A stretch of 61,116 nucleotides of DNA, filler included. It is 7 parts of 7 records of this genome, joined end to end, with 100 filler letters (N's around TTAATTAATTAA, not from the genome) between each part and the next. Parts side by side here need not be neighbours in the genome. Positions count along the whole stretch, not along the records: positions 45,013 to 49,561 come from SRR7504441_9554; positions 49,662 to 53,578 come from SRR7504441_9562; positions 53,679 to 61,116 come from SRR7504441_9572; 4 more parts are not named here. One strand, 5' to 3'. The translations under genes and the position numbers were made by a program. Below, piece by piece: positions 44,913-56,800 of this stretch. The number at the start of each line of letters is the position of its first letter. Position 1 is the stretch's first letter. The notes under the pieces were generated by a model. It worked only from the letters and a program-made list of their open reading frames with translations, had not been told where the DNA came from and searched no databases.

Positions 44913-45012
44913 NNNNNNNNNNNNNNNNNNNNNNNNNNNNNNNNNNNNNNNNNNNNTTAATTAATTAANNNNNNNNNNNNNNNNNNNNNNNNNNNNNNNN
45001 NNNNNNNNNNNN
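44913..45012. other. Artificial contig linker (preceded by a 25-nt poly-C contig end)
   Basis: N44-TTAATTAATTAA-N44. Confidence 0.99.
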
Positions 45013-45116
45013 TGAGGTGTTTTGGCTCGCACTGGCTGCATTGCCCCGCCTGGAGCATCTGGATGTTCGACTGTACAATTTTCATCGTTTTGGGTCGAGG
45101 CCAACGGGTGGGGCAG

Positions 45117-45236
45117 GTGCTGCCGTGCGGGCATTTGTTCCACAAAGATTGTATTGTCAAGTGGCTCTCCGAGTGCAATACTGCTTGCCCCAATTGCGGG
45201 GCGGATGCAAGCTCGCCCAAGATTACCAAGGAGTGA
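45117..45236 (+). CDS. Last exon of a RING-H2 E3 ligase (partial)
   Basis: cag|VLPCGHLFHKDCIVKWLSECNTACPNC...KE*; too short for the ORF track. Confidence 0.85.
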   Translation: MLPCGHLFHKDCIVKWLSECNTACPNCGADASSPKITKE

Positions 45237-45486
45237 AGGCACGTGTCAGAAGTTGAGCATAAGACTTCGTAATCTAAATGTTACTCGTATACAAGTACAA
45301 TCATGAACGTGCTTGATACTCGCACTCACACTGCTTTTTACCTAATCTAAGCTTGTGGATGGCCTCAGATTACCTTCAAAGAAAGCTCCTAGCGACTTTT
45401 AAATCTAAGCTTCGGTACAGTGCATCCGTACAAACTACACCCATCACTAACCCATCACAGAGTACTCCTAGAGCACCCACGGGGTC

Positions 45487-47838
45487 CTACGTAGTGCTCG
45501 CACTGAGCGACACGGCGCGCGCATTCACTCTCTCGCGAGCCAGCGCCTGGCACACGCTGTCAGGCCTGCACCGCTCGGGCGGCACCTGGCGAGCCTCGTG
45601 CCGCCGCCTCTCAGAGTCCACCCGCACCCAACTCGGGACAGGCCGGATCGCGACAGAGATGAACAAGGAGAGCAGCAGCAGAGCATGCTCGATCACGAAC
45701 ATCAGCATCAGCCCCGACCTGACCGGGCGTCATCAGCACAGCCCTGCCAGCGGTGGTACTTTCGGGCCCTGTGGTCGTACGCGCCTGGTCCATCCACATC
45801 CTGCCGCCGGTCCGGGTCTGGCCAGGCGAGCAGGCACCTTGAACGCCCAAGGGAACCAAGTCATCAGCTGCTCGGAGGCCATCCCCATGATGAACGTGTT
45901 GGTGAGCACCGCCAGCCAAGCCATCACCAGCAGCACCGACTGCCACGGCCCGATGTTGTCAGCTCGCCGACTTGGAGGCCGCTGGGTCACAAAGCACAGC
46001 TTGAACAGATCGGACCTGCCGGTCGCTCACAGGACGGCCAGCAGTGGCCCGCACTTCATCTCGATCAAGTTGCACCCAACGGAAAGAATAGAGGCCAGTG
46101 GGAACGCCGCGGCGAACAGCACCACGTATCCGAACTCAATAACCATCTCCAAATAATCGTCAAACGGCTCGTACTCACTGAGCGCCAAAGCGTCCTCGAC
46201 AGCGCCGGTGCACGGGTCGAGGTCCTCGTTCTTCTTGTGCTGAGACTCGCGGAGCTTGCTTGCCTTGCGCGAGGACCAGAGCCGGAGCAGGCCGGGCAGC
46301 ACACACCTGCAAACCGTCGGCCGGCCCGGCATGCCTAGGCACTCCACGACCACCCTGCGGGCCGAGTCGGCTGTGTAGACGGCGACGAGTTCACTCCGAA
46401 GCTTGAGTACATCCATCTCGTAGAAGGCAATGTAAAACAGTCCCATCTGGCCCGCGCGTCAGGCCTGTGCGAGATAGCCGGCACGTAGGCATCGAACGCT
46501 TCAAACAGGAACCTCTTGATTATCAGCGAGTTCTGGTGCTCTCTCTCGGTCTTGTGATTCTCGAGCCTGCCCCGCTCTCAACGAGCACTCAGCCTGGGGG
46601 CGACACCTGGTGAGCCACTCAGCCACTGCGCCGTAGACCGCGTTGAGCAGCATGATCACCGCCACGTGGATGAGCACCGGCACCAACGGCATCAGCATCC
46701 CGCCGTCTGGGTCGAAGATTGCCCCGGGCAGCGCGAGCGCGGCCACGGGCTGGATGTGGATCGGGGATTCAAAGTGCCTTCGGCCATGTTTATCAAACTC
46801 GTCGGATCCGTGCACGTAGCCCTGCAGGTTGAGCGAGACGCAAATAAAACCGAAGGCCACGGCCAGCATGCCGGTCGAGACCAGGACGCTCAGAGGATAC
46901 CAGTAGTACCATCGCTTCCAAGACGGGTAGTATGTCTCCCTCCATCCGGTGACGGGCGAGGTGCGTTCGGTCCCGTGGAATTCGATCCGGCGCTCCGGGT
47001 GCTGCTCACACTCGGTGGTGTCCCACCTGCACGCCCAGCCGGCCGCTGACCGCTTCCAAAAGGCCTGGAAAGTAATCGCCCAGAGTGCGACAAATGCAGT
47101 GAATGCGGGGATGCGGGATGAGTTATCCACGGAGGTGTTCAGAGGCCGGAGCAGCCAGAGCGCGAGCCCGAGCAGCCCGGGGGCCATCAGCCAGATTGTG
47201 AAAAGGTTGAGCCAAGCGAAGTAGAACGCCACTTCCGAGCCAAAGTAGGTTCGGATCGCGCCCACTGGGGCCAGCACCGACCACTTTGCCGCCCGCCACA
47301 CCTCGCGCTGGCCCGTGGGCTCGTGCAGCCCGCACACTCCTTCCAGCTGGCCGGCCCGCCGGAGCACCTCCACCATGCTCTCCTCGGGAGCCGCCGGCTT
47401 GAGCAGAGCGGCCGCCGGTTTGCCCAGCGCGCACGAATCTAGCAGCGAGCGGACCAGCTGCGTCCGTTCGAACGGCTCGAAGAACTCCGGCGTGCCGCAC
47501 CCTTGGAAGAGCTCCCGGGTGGCCCGAGTGAAGATCTCGTGCCGGAAGCTTCCTGAGAGCGAGTCCAGCTCACAACGGCGCTTCTGGAGCTCCTGGAGCT
47601 CGGCCTCCTTCTCGAGCTCGGTGGGGCTGGCCGAGAGGATGAGCACGCCGTCGGGCGAGTCGGCGACCAGATCCCGGGCCACTCGGCAGCGCAGGCCCGA
47701 CCGGCGGAGCTGGGCCGCGCAGCAGGCGACCAGCTCGGCTGGCGCGCCCTCGGCCAGCGAAAGGATCAGCTCGCCCTGCCAGGACTCGCACGGCTCGTCC
47801 TCTGAGCTGCTCGGTCGACGCACTCGTCGCTCTGCCAT
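45487..47838 (-). CDS. Anoctamin/TMEM16 family channel or scramblase, about 7 introns
   Basis: IRTYFGSEVAFYFAWL, ENHKTE...NSLIIKRFLF, FDDYLEMVIEFGYVVLFAAAFPLA, NLIEMK|SD and NIGPW. Confidence 0.92.
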
Positions 47839-47911
47839 TTGCCCGTGCCGAACGGCCGTCGGCGCGGGACGCAGATTCCAGGCCTGAGGGGCAGCCTCTC
47901 CGGCAAGGATC

Positions 47912-49561
47912 ATGTCTGAGGTGCCGTACGAGGAGGTTGCCAAGCACAGCAAGGCAGACGACTGCTGGATGGTGCTCGGCGACCAGGTGTTCGACTTGAC
48001 CGAGTTCGCGCCCGACCACCCCGGCGGCCCGGGCTACCTGCACGAGGTGGCCGGCACCGACGCCACCGACGAATTCCTGGAGTCGCACCCGCTCGATATC
48101 ATAGAGCGGACCATCACCGGGGCCAAGCTGGCCCGGGCGCTCAAGGGCAAAGTCAAGCCGGGCAGCCTGCCTCCGAAGCAGCCCAAGAGCGCCAAGCGTC
48201 CAGTGCCCGTGGTGGCCCCGCTGGCTGGCAAGCCGCCACTGGAGGCGACGATCAACATCTTCGACTTCGAGAAGATCGCCCGGACCGAGATGCTCAACTC
48301 GGGTAAGAAGGAGGGCTGGGACTACTACAGCTCCGGCGGGGACGACGAGATCACCCTACGCGAGAACCACAATGCCTACCATAGGATCTGGCTCCGGCCG
48401 CGCGTGATGGTCAACGTCAAGGAGGTGGACGTCTCGTGCGACGTGCTCGGGCACCGATGCCAGATGCCGGTCTTCCTCTCGGCGGTGGCCATGTGCGGAC
48501 TCGGGCACTCGGACGGCGAGGTCGCTTGGACCAAAGCTGCGGGCGCCGCCGGAGTGATCTTCATGATGCCCTCGCTCGCCTCGCGCTCGTTCGTGGAGAT
48601 GAGCGGGGCCCGGCTGGCCGAACAGCCGCTCTTCTTCCAGCTGTACGTGAACCCGGACCGTGAGGTGGCTAAGGCGATGGTCCAGAAGGCCGAGGCCGCG
48701 GGGTGCTCGGCGCTGTTCATCACATGTGACGCGCCTCAGCTGGGCAACAGGGAAAAGGACCGGCGGAACAAGGCGACCAAGTCGGCCGCTGTGCACCAGG
48801 GCGGCAGCCAGGACCGGTCGCAGGGCGTGTCCAATGCTCTGACCTCGTTCATTGACCCGTCGCTCTGCTGGGAGGACTTGGCCTGGTTTAGGTCGATCAC
48901 CAAGATGAAGATCGTACTCAAGGGGATCCAAACCGCCGACGACGCGCTGCTGGCGGTCCAGCACGGCTGCGATGGGATTTTGCTCTCAAACCACGGCGGG
49001 CGGCAGCTCGATACGGCCAGGTCAGCGATTGAGGTGCTCCCGGAGGTGATGCAAGCTCTCAAGGCGGAGGGGCTGGAGGGCAAGATCTGGGTGGCGGTGG
49101 ACGGCGGCGTCCGGCGCGGGACCGACATCTTTAAGGCGCTCGCGCTCGGAGCCCAGGCAGTCGGTGTAGGCCGGCCAGCGCTCTACGCTATGGCGGCGTA
49201 TGGCCAGCCCGGGATTGAGAGAATGCTCGGACTGCTCAAGAAGGAGCTGGAGATGGCGATGCGGCTGACTGGCTGCCAGCGCCTGGCGGACATCAAGCCG
49301 ACCATGGTGGACACGCACAACCTCAAGGATCATATCTCGATGGTGCCCAGGGACAATCTGTACAACGGCGTGTACATCCCTCCAGGCTTGCCGGAGTACG
49401 GGGCAGCCGTGGCCGCTGCTGTACGGGCCGAGGCCACCACTGACACGCCACCTGCGGCCGGCGCCGGGCTGCTAAGCTCATTTGGCGCGCTGCTGCTGGC
49501 AATCATCAAGAGCGTTGCGGGGACGGTGCTCGGAGCGAGTGTGCCTGGGATGCTGCACCGG
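47912..49561 (+). CDS. CYB2: Flavocytochrome b2 (cytochrome b5 heme domain + FMN alpha-hydroxy acid dehydrogenase), 3'-truncated, with C-terminal extension
   Basis: KHSKADDCW...DHPGG; YYSSGGDDEITLRENH; FFQLYV; VLKGIQ; SNHGGRQLD; DGGVRRGTD. Confidence 0.92.
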
Positions 49562-49661
49562 NNNNNNNNNNNNNNNNNNNNNNNNNNNNNNNNNNNNNNN
49601 NNNNNTTAATTAATTAANNNNNNNNNNNNNNNNNNNNNNNNNNNNNNNNNNNNNNNNNNNN
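49562..49661. other. Artificial contig linker
   Basis: N44-TTAATTAATTAA-N44. Confidence 0.99.
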
Positions 49662-49728
49662 GGGCACTCGCGGCGGCGGCCGGCGGGCGCCGCTGAGTAC
49701 CGGTATCGGCGGAGCGGCGCGGGGGCTG

Positions 49729-52374
49729 ATGTCACGGTTCCGGGCCGGGCTGCAGCCGGGGCCGAGTCCTGGGGAGCTCGCGGCGATGGTCAGATCCCGG
49801 TTGGGGCGCGGGCTGGCGCTTGAAGGGAGCGAGGCGGACCTGCTGCACCGGACCGAATCAGACCAGGAGCGGAGCACCGCCGATATGCTCCGGCGGCTGC
49901 GGGACAATGGGTTCAGCTGGGAGGAATCGGTAGACGCGCTGGAGCAGACCGCGTTCCGGGGGCTCGGGGCGGCGATGCGGTGGCTGGCCGAGCGGGAGGA
50001 GGAGGGGGAGCAGACGTGTAAGGTGTGCTACTGCGAGGTGGCGGTGGAGGAGCTGCCGCTTGGGGTCCGGCCGGTGTGCAGGCACTGGTTTCACAAGGAC
50101 ACCTGCTGGCTGCCCTACCTGCGGCAGAAGCTGGCGGAGGAGGCGCTGGCGATAGATCAGGTGAGCTGCATGGAGATGGACTGCGACCGATTGGTGAGCG
50201 AGGAGGAGTGGAGGGATACGCTCCCGAAGGATGAGTTCGACAAGTACCTAAGGTTTATGCTAGAAATCAACATCAGCCACAATCCGAACGTGACCCGCTG
50301 CCCCCAAGCCAACTGCGGCGCGCTCGTCACCGGCTACACAGACTATCCGGGGCCCATCGGGCTGTGGCGCACCGGGCTGCTGGCGCTGCTCGCCGGGGGC
50401 ATCGGTTTTGGGTTCCCCTCGCTTGGGCTGTTGGCGTCGTGCCACGACGCGTCGATTGGGCCGCGATTGCTCTTGGCAGCTGGTGCGGCGGCCGGGGCGG
50501 GGTACGCAGGCGTGCAGTCGCACATCGCGGCGGTGAAGCTGAAGCGAGCCAAGTGCGAGGAGTGCAAGTTTACGTTTTGCTTTGACTGCAAGGAGCCTTT
50601 CCACCCCAAGCGGTGCGCAATAGTACAGTATACTAGCATAGGTTAGTAGTGGTGGTGAGTGTCGGACCACAGGACCTGTGAGCAGGCCGAGGACCGATCG
50701 CTGGTCGAGTGGGCGAGCGGGGCCTACGACGTGGGCAAGTGCCCCTCGTGCAAGGCGACAATCCAACGGAACCAGGGCTGCAACCACATGACGTGCGTGT
50801 GCCGATACGAGTTCTGCTGGCTGTGCAACACAAAGTGGCACAACTGCAGCTGCCGCCAGTTCGGGGGCACGGTGACCAGCCCCTAGCCAGCTCGGCCGCT
50901 CACCCGGCTGCAGCCGTTCGGATACACTGTGGACACGAGCTTCAGCACACAGCTGCCCAGCGCGCTCTTCTTTGCCGCCGCCGTGCTTGCCTCCGCCCGG
51001 GAGCTCTGGCTGCGCAGGGAGCTAGTGCTCGCCGCCGTGCGGGTCCTGGATCCTGGGATCGGGCCTGAGGCTTTCCTGGGCAACATCTGCCAGATTTTCT
51101 TTGCCAGCGACGCTGTGCTGCTTATCCCAGGGCTTTGGCTGATCCTGACCGCCCCTCAAAAGGCCAAGGCAGCCAGGGCCGCGGCTCTGCACTGTAAACA
51201 CCACCGGCCTGCCCGGGCCTGATTGGGCTGGTGTGCAGATCTGGGCTCTTACGGTTGCTTTGTGCTGCTGGGTGGAGCCGTGATGCTTGCGGAGATGGTT
51301 GCGCGGTTCTTCGAGTCGTCGTGGGGGTTCTGGGGCTGGCACCTGGGCTGGACCCTCCTGTGCTTCCTCCCGCTGGGTTACCGGCTGCGATTTTCGAATA
51401 AGCGGAACAGGAAGTTTGTGCTCCCGGTGCTCTTCTATCTCACCAACAGCTTTGGGTTGGTCTCTTGGATTTCGCGCTGGGGAGTCTGGGGATTCATTTC
51501 GGAGTACATCATGCCCTGGCTGCTCCTGCCGTTCCGAGGATTCTACAACCCACTTGCCTGGGTAGCCGCTCCGTTCTTTATGGCCGGCAGGGTCGTCAGT
51601 TGGAGCTGGGGGACTCCGGCCGCCGGCACAATATCGATCACAATCGCCGCCGCGCTCTGGTTGTGCTGGGTTCTGCCCTTGAATGGGCCTCTCCTGCGCA
51701 GAGTTCATCAAGCGATCTGGTGGTTGAGCAGCATTGGGCTCGTCCTAATCAGCTTGTACTTCCTGATCAGCTGGTGGTGGAACCACAGCGAGCTCAACAC
51801 AGTCCGCACCGGCTGGTCGATTTTCGTGCTGGTAGGGTCGGCCCTCGCAACCGTTATCGCACTCGTGTTGCACGAGATAGTCCAGAGCGACCGGATCGGG
51901 CAGCACCCGCAGCTGCAGACTCGACGACTGCCCACGCCGTTCGGATTCGAGCTCTGGTACGATCAGATCTTCTCGCTGCTCCATAAGTTTAGGTCAGGCA
52001 GCATGGCGGTCGTGTTTGTCGTGCTGCTCCGGAGGTGGCTCGACCGGTGGCTGGTTCCGGCCCTTGGAATCCTGATAGGAGGCTTGACCCAGATGCTGTT
52101 CTTCAACCAAAACCACCACCTCCGGGACGCGCTTCGCAGCCTGAGCTGGTTCTCTATGCCGGCACAGTTCACCATGCTCGGAATCTACCTCGTGCCTCTG
52201 CTCCTCATCTGCCAGCACGACTTCAGCCGGCTCGACATGGCCGATGTCCGGCCGGTGCTGACCGGCTGGATGGATTGGGCCGCAAACTCGAGCTGGATTG
52301 CGCTGCCGACCGACTTGGCGCTGGTTGCCACCATCCCGATTGTCGTGCACAAGCGTGTCCAGGGAGAGCGTTGA
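49729..52374 (+). CDS. RBR E3 ubiquitin ligase (UBA-RING1-IBR-RING2) with a large multi-pass TM C-terminus; three introns
   Basis: UBA-like [19 protein letters not shown]1 CKVC...CRHWFH; IBR CPQANC...[21 protein letters not shown]2 [19 protein letters not shown]; long hydrophobic tail joined by 42- and 45-nt introns. Confidence 0.85.
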
Positions 52375-52697
52375 TGCCAACGGCTAGTATGGATGCCCAA
52401 ACGCAAGCGCAGGCTTGCTTCCGCCGAGCTCAATGAGAGAAACATTCAAGAAACATTAATTTGATACGTACTGTAGACGACATGAGACGTATCTACGTAA
52501 GACGTATCTATGATGAACTGACATGATTAAAACTAATCCGGCTAGATTAGATTGTACCAGGATTGTACCATGTGAGAACCAAAGCCGAGCGAGCCGAGAG
52601 AGACGAGCAAAGTCTGTATGAATACTGCCAGTGCCCGAGCAAACTAAGTAGATCGAGTCTAGATAAGAGTCCGAGGACGGATGTGTAATCGTGAACT

Positions 52698-53503
52698 CTA
52701 GTCAGCCGGTTGGGCCACTCGGACGTAGTCAATAAGGTGATAGGTGGGCAGCACCGTCTGGTTGCTCACGGGCTTTGGCCACGGCCCCCCAATTGCCGTG
52801 TTCAGTATCATATAGTAAGGCACATCATAAAACCTCGCATGCTGCCCGCTAGCAGTCACATTTGCACGTGAGATATTGTAATACACCCGCCCGTCCAACA
52901 GAAAGCTCACATGCCCCGCGGAGTACTCCACAGCGTATTCGTGGAACTCCCCGGCCCAGTCCCCCGCGACCTCCAAAGTCGCACTGATCGCCGAGTGAGG
53001 GTTACCGCACCGCCCGCCACCGTCTGGCCAGTGGTAGGTGCCGTGCAGCACGCCGTCGCCGTTGATCATTTCCATAATGTCAATCTCGCCGTTACTCGGC
53101 CAGCAGGCCCCATTATCAGGCAGCAACCAGTGAGCCGGCCAAATCCCATCTCCGCCCGCTGGCAGCCGAGCCCGTACGCACGCCCGCGTCATCCCCCGCC
53201 AGGCCCTCTTGCCCTGGCTCCGGACAGCCCCCGAGCTGTACTGGTACTGTCCGACCTGCTCCCTCCGGGTACGGAGCACCAGACTTCCGTTGGCCAGCCA
53301 GACGTTGTCGGCCGTGCCCCGGGCGCTCGGACCGAGGAGTCGTTGGCGGCCAGATCAACCGACCAGCTGGTCCGGTCGAGGGCCGGGCCGTCAAACTCGT
53401 CGGCGAACACCAGCCGCCAGCCCCCCCCGGGCCCGCAGAACGAGCCGCAGGCCGCCCCCAGCAGCGCTGCACAGAGAAGAAGCCCCACTGGCACCACACG
53501 CAT
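52698..53503 (-). CDS. Secreted GH16 beta-glucanase/laminarinase-like enzyme with an apparent frameshift near 53325
   Basis: Signal peptide; WRLVFADEFDGPALD; GIWPAHW; catalytic GEIDIME; FHEYAVEY; ILNTAIGGPWP; IDYVRV. Confidence 0.88.
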
Positions 53504-53578
53504 GCTTGCCGCCTATTCCAGTCCGCGAGGAGATCTTGAAAACAACGGAAGCGGTTGAGGCAATGGCGAGAGCGTGGG

Positions 53579-53678
53579 NNNNNNNNNNNNNNNNNNNNNN
53601 NNNNNNNNNNNNNNNNNNNNNNTTAATTAATTAANNNNNNNNNNNNNNNNNNNNNNNNNNNNNNNNNNNNNNNNNNNN
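53579..53678. other. Artificial contig linker
   Basis: N44-TTAATTAATTAA-N44. Confidence 0.99.
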
Positions 53679-53861
53679 AAGTCATCTACGGTGGTAGCAT
53701 CGCTCATCTGTCGTGAACGAGCCTCTTCGGGTTCGGCCTCAGGTTCGGCCTCCGGTTCAGCCTCCGGGCCAGTCAGCCAGTCCCTAACCGACACGCCGCA
53801 GAGTTGCACCGGCAGAGAGGCTACAGTAGCAGGGCGTAGCGGCTTGGCGCTCGGAGCACAG

Positions 53862-56800
53862 ATGCACTATGACGCGCAGAACGACGGCGGGGTGCACTTC
53901 GTGGACGTCGAGCGCTTCAAGCCCAATTACGACGGCACCTGCCAGCTGGCCCGGCGCAAGGGCCAGGAGTTCCGGCATCGGATCTACCGGCTGCGCTCCG
54001 GCTTCTTCGGGCTGCGCAAGTCGCGCGACTCGGAGTTGGAGGAGGAGTTCATCCTGGAGGGCGGCAAGGTGGAGCTGCACGGCGATCGCGTCATGCTCAA
54101 CCCGGCCCCGCACGCCGGCGCCCGGTACAAGCTCTACCAGCTCACATGCGCCTCGCTGACCGAGTCCATCATGCTGTTCAAGGCCCTCCGGCAGAACGCC
54201 GAGCCGGAGCACAGGATCCGGCTGCCCGATCGATTCGAGCAGGCGGTGCCCACCGGCCCGCACCTGTGGTGGTGCCAGCCCGGGATTGTGGCCGGAACCT
54301 CGTCGGGGGCTGGCACCGGCGACCGGATGGTGGACGGATCCTGGCAAAACGCCGAGGTGTGGGCGGCAGAGTCCGGCGACCGGGAGGAGTGGGCGGTTTT
54401 TGACCTGGGCAGGCCGGCGGAGGTCTGCCAGTTTAAACTATTCAGCACAGGCGGGCGCGAATGTCCAAGGGAGTGCGCTCTGCTCTTCTCGGACCGCAAC
54501 GAGCCCTGGGCCAAGTGGTGCCGGGCCGTCGACTGGCACGGCGATAAAGCTTGGGGCTGGAACAACCCGCCGGTCAGTTTCGCGCCCCGCGTGGCCCGGT
54601 TTTGGCGGCTCGAGGTGAGGAATACGTTCTCTGCTAGTGCGCCGGTCCAGATAGCTCAAGTGTCGTTCTATCTGTCATTCGATCACCAGGAGCGTGCGCC
54701 GGAGCAGAGCCAGGCGGAGGTGGTCAAGATGCTCGACTTTGACGGGAACGGGATCATCTCGCTTGACGAGGTGGGCGAGTATGTTTATAGTAGTGAGTAT
54801 GTACACAGGTGTTTGAGTATATGGATGGGAACCAGAACGGGCACATCGACCTGGAGGAGTTCACCCAGTTCTACATGGACCACGGCAAGGCGTTCAGGGA
54901 AGCTCTGGGAATGGGCTGCGCAATCGATCTCCCAGGCAGAGGCGCCCCCAGTGAGGCCGAGCAGCAGCAGTTGCCAGAGCAGAGCCAGGCCCACACCGGC
55001 GACTTGTTTAGGCCTGTGAGCAGCCAGCCGCGGACCGAGCCGCTGGAGCAGCACTCGGTGGCGGACCTCGTGCGGAGCATCAACGGGCAGCAGCTGGAGC
55101 GGCTGTTTGAGGATGTTGAGACCGACGCCATGCTTGTATTTGGGGCCAGGTGCACTGAGGAGCACGTCATGAGGGCGGTGCCTCCGGAGTTCTGGGATAC
55201 GAGGCCGATCAGCTGCCACACGCTCTCCTCTGACCGACATTTTGTCCCAATGACGCACATACCGTCAGCCGAGATGCTCGTGGTGCTCGATGAGGGCTCG
55301 GGCGCGCTTGCGATGGGCGATCAGTTTATGCTAGTTGTGGAGCTGCTGCAGTGCAGTCTGATCCGTCAGGACCAGCAGCAGCATCGGATCACAATCGCGT
55401 GTGTGCCGCGCGTTCCGACCAGCTGGGCCTTCTCTCGCGCCGTTCTAGACGCGCTGCGTAGGTTCCCTGGTGCCGCGTCCCGAGTGCGGTTTGAGTCGCT
55501 ACCAATCTGCCTCTCGCCGCATTCGAATGGGTTGATGACAATGGGGTTACCAGCCATGGGCCACACAGTCGCCCTGGGGTGTGGCAGTGGGCAGCAAATG
55601 GTGGATTCGGTTGTGCAAGCGATCTGCTCCATCGAGGAAATTGTCAACTCTATAGACATCTTGCAAGCCAAGGGCGATACTGCTGTGGCTATTGCCAAGC
55701 AGGTCATCAAGAAGCGCGCACAGCGACCAAACGCGGCCCGGCGATGTCGGTCGATCAGCCGTGTAGTAGTGTTGGACCGGACTGTGGACATGTTCACCCC
55801 TTGTCTGACTGAGCAATCTTACAGCGGGATGCTGAGCGAGCTGTTTGCCGACCTGGCTGAAGTTCGAGCGCTTGTAGCGCCGATGCTCACACAGCGGTCT
55901 GGCGGGGACGAGCAGATGGAAGAGCTGCTCACTTGGGATCACCGAGACCCAATCTGGGAGGATCTCAAGCACGGCTCGTTCGAGGGCGCCAAGCAGATGC
56001 TGGTCGAGACGTGTGATTACTACAACAGCATGCAGGTGTGCTGTGGCGCGTAAGCCTCGAGCCCGTGGGCGCAGGATAATCTGGACAACTCTCTTTCGGC
56101 AGCAAAGCTGATGGAAATGAAAAAAGATCACCAGAGAATCACTAAACATCGACCATACATCATGGCTCACATGGAGGTGAGCCGACCTGGGCTTTGGGAG
56201 CTCCAATTTGAGTGTTGGCAGGTGATAAATGCAGTCACTAAGAAGCTGAGTCAGCTGCTTGACGACGACTGCGATCTCGCCCGCAGCCTATCCAAGTCTG
56301 AGGACGGTAGCTACCGGCTATGTGACTCCGTGCACTTTCAGAAAGTCTTTTACCGCGACCAGCTTTATGAGCATGAACCCTCACTTGTCACTCAGTTTGT
56401 GCTCAATCGCATCGACGGGGGGACAGCTCTAGTTGCAATCCTTCGGTTGTTGGGGCTGATATCAATCAGCTCGCATGGCTTCCGGTCGAACGATATGCAA
56501 CAAATCCGGAGCAGCATTTTGCAGAAGCACGGAGCCGCGGCAGCGGCCTCCCTCGCAAATATGGAGCGCGCTGGGATGTTGAAACGTCGGCCTGAGAAGG
56601 GGCTGTTTGGGCTGGGTGTCACCAGGTGGGAGAAACTGAATCGCACATTCAACCTCTACACAGACACAAACAAAGACAGTGGCGGGCTGGCAGTTGGGTA
56701 TGATGGCTATGTGCCGCTGCTGGTCAGGACTTTGGAGCATGCAGTGCGGGATCAATGGCGAGACAAGTCACTTTCAATGCTACGAGGAGAGATATTCGAA

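Noticed and set aside
45724-45773. Possible GG-AG non-canonical intron in the anoctamin gene
   Set aside because: A canonical 41-nt GT-AG intron in the same phase explains the frame change
9742-53678. Six identical N-TTAATTAATTAA-N blocks resembling a dispersed repeat or array
   Set aside because: Exact 100-nt artificial linkers with six-frame stops; not biological
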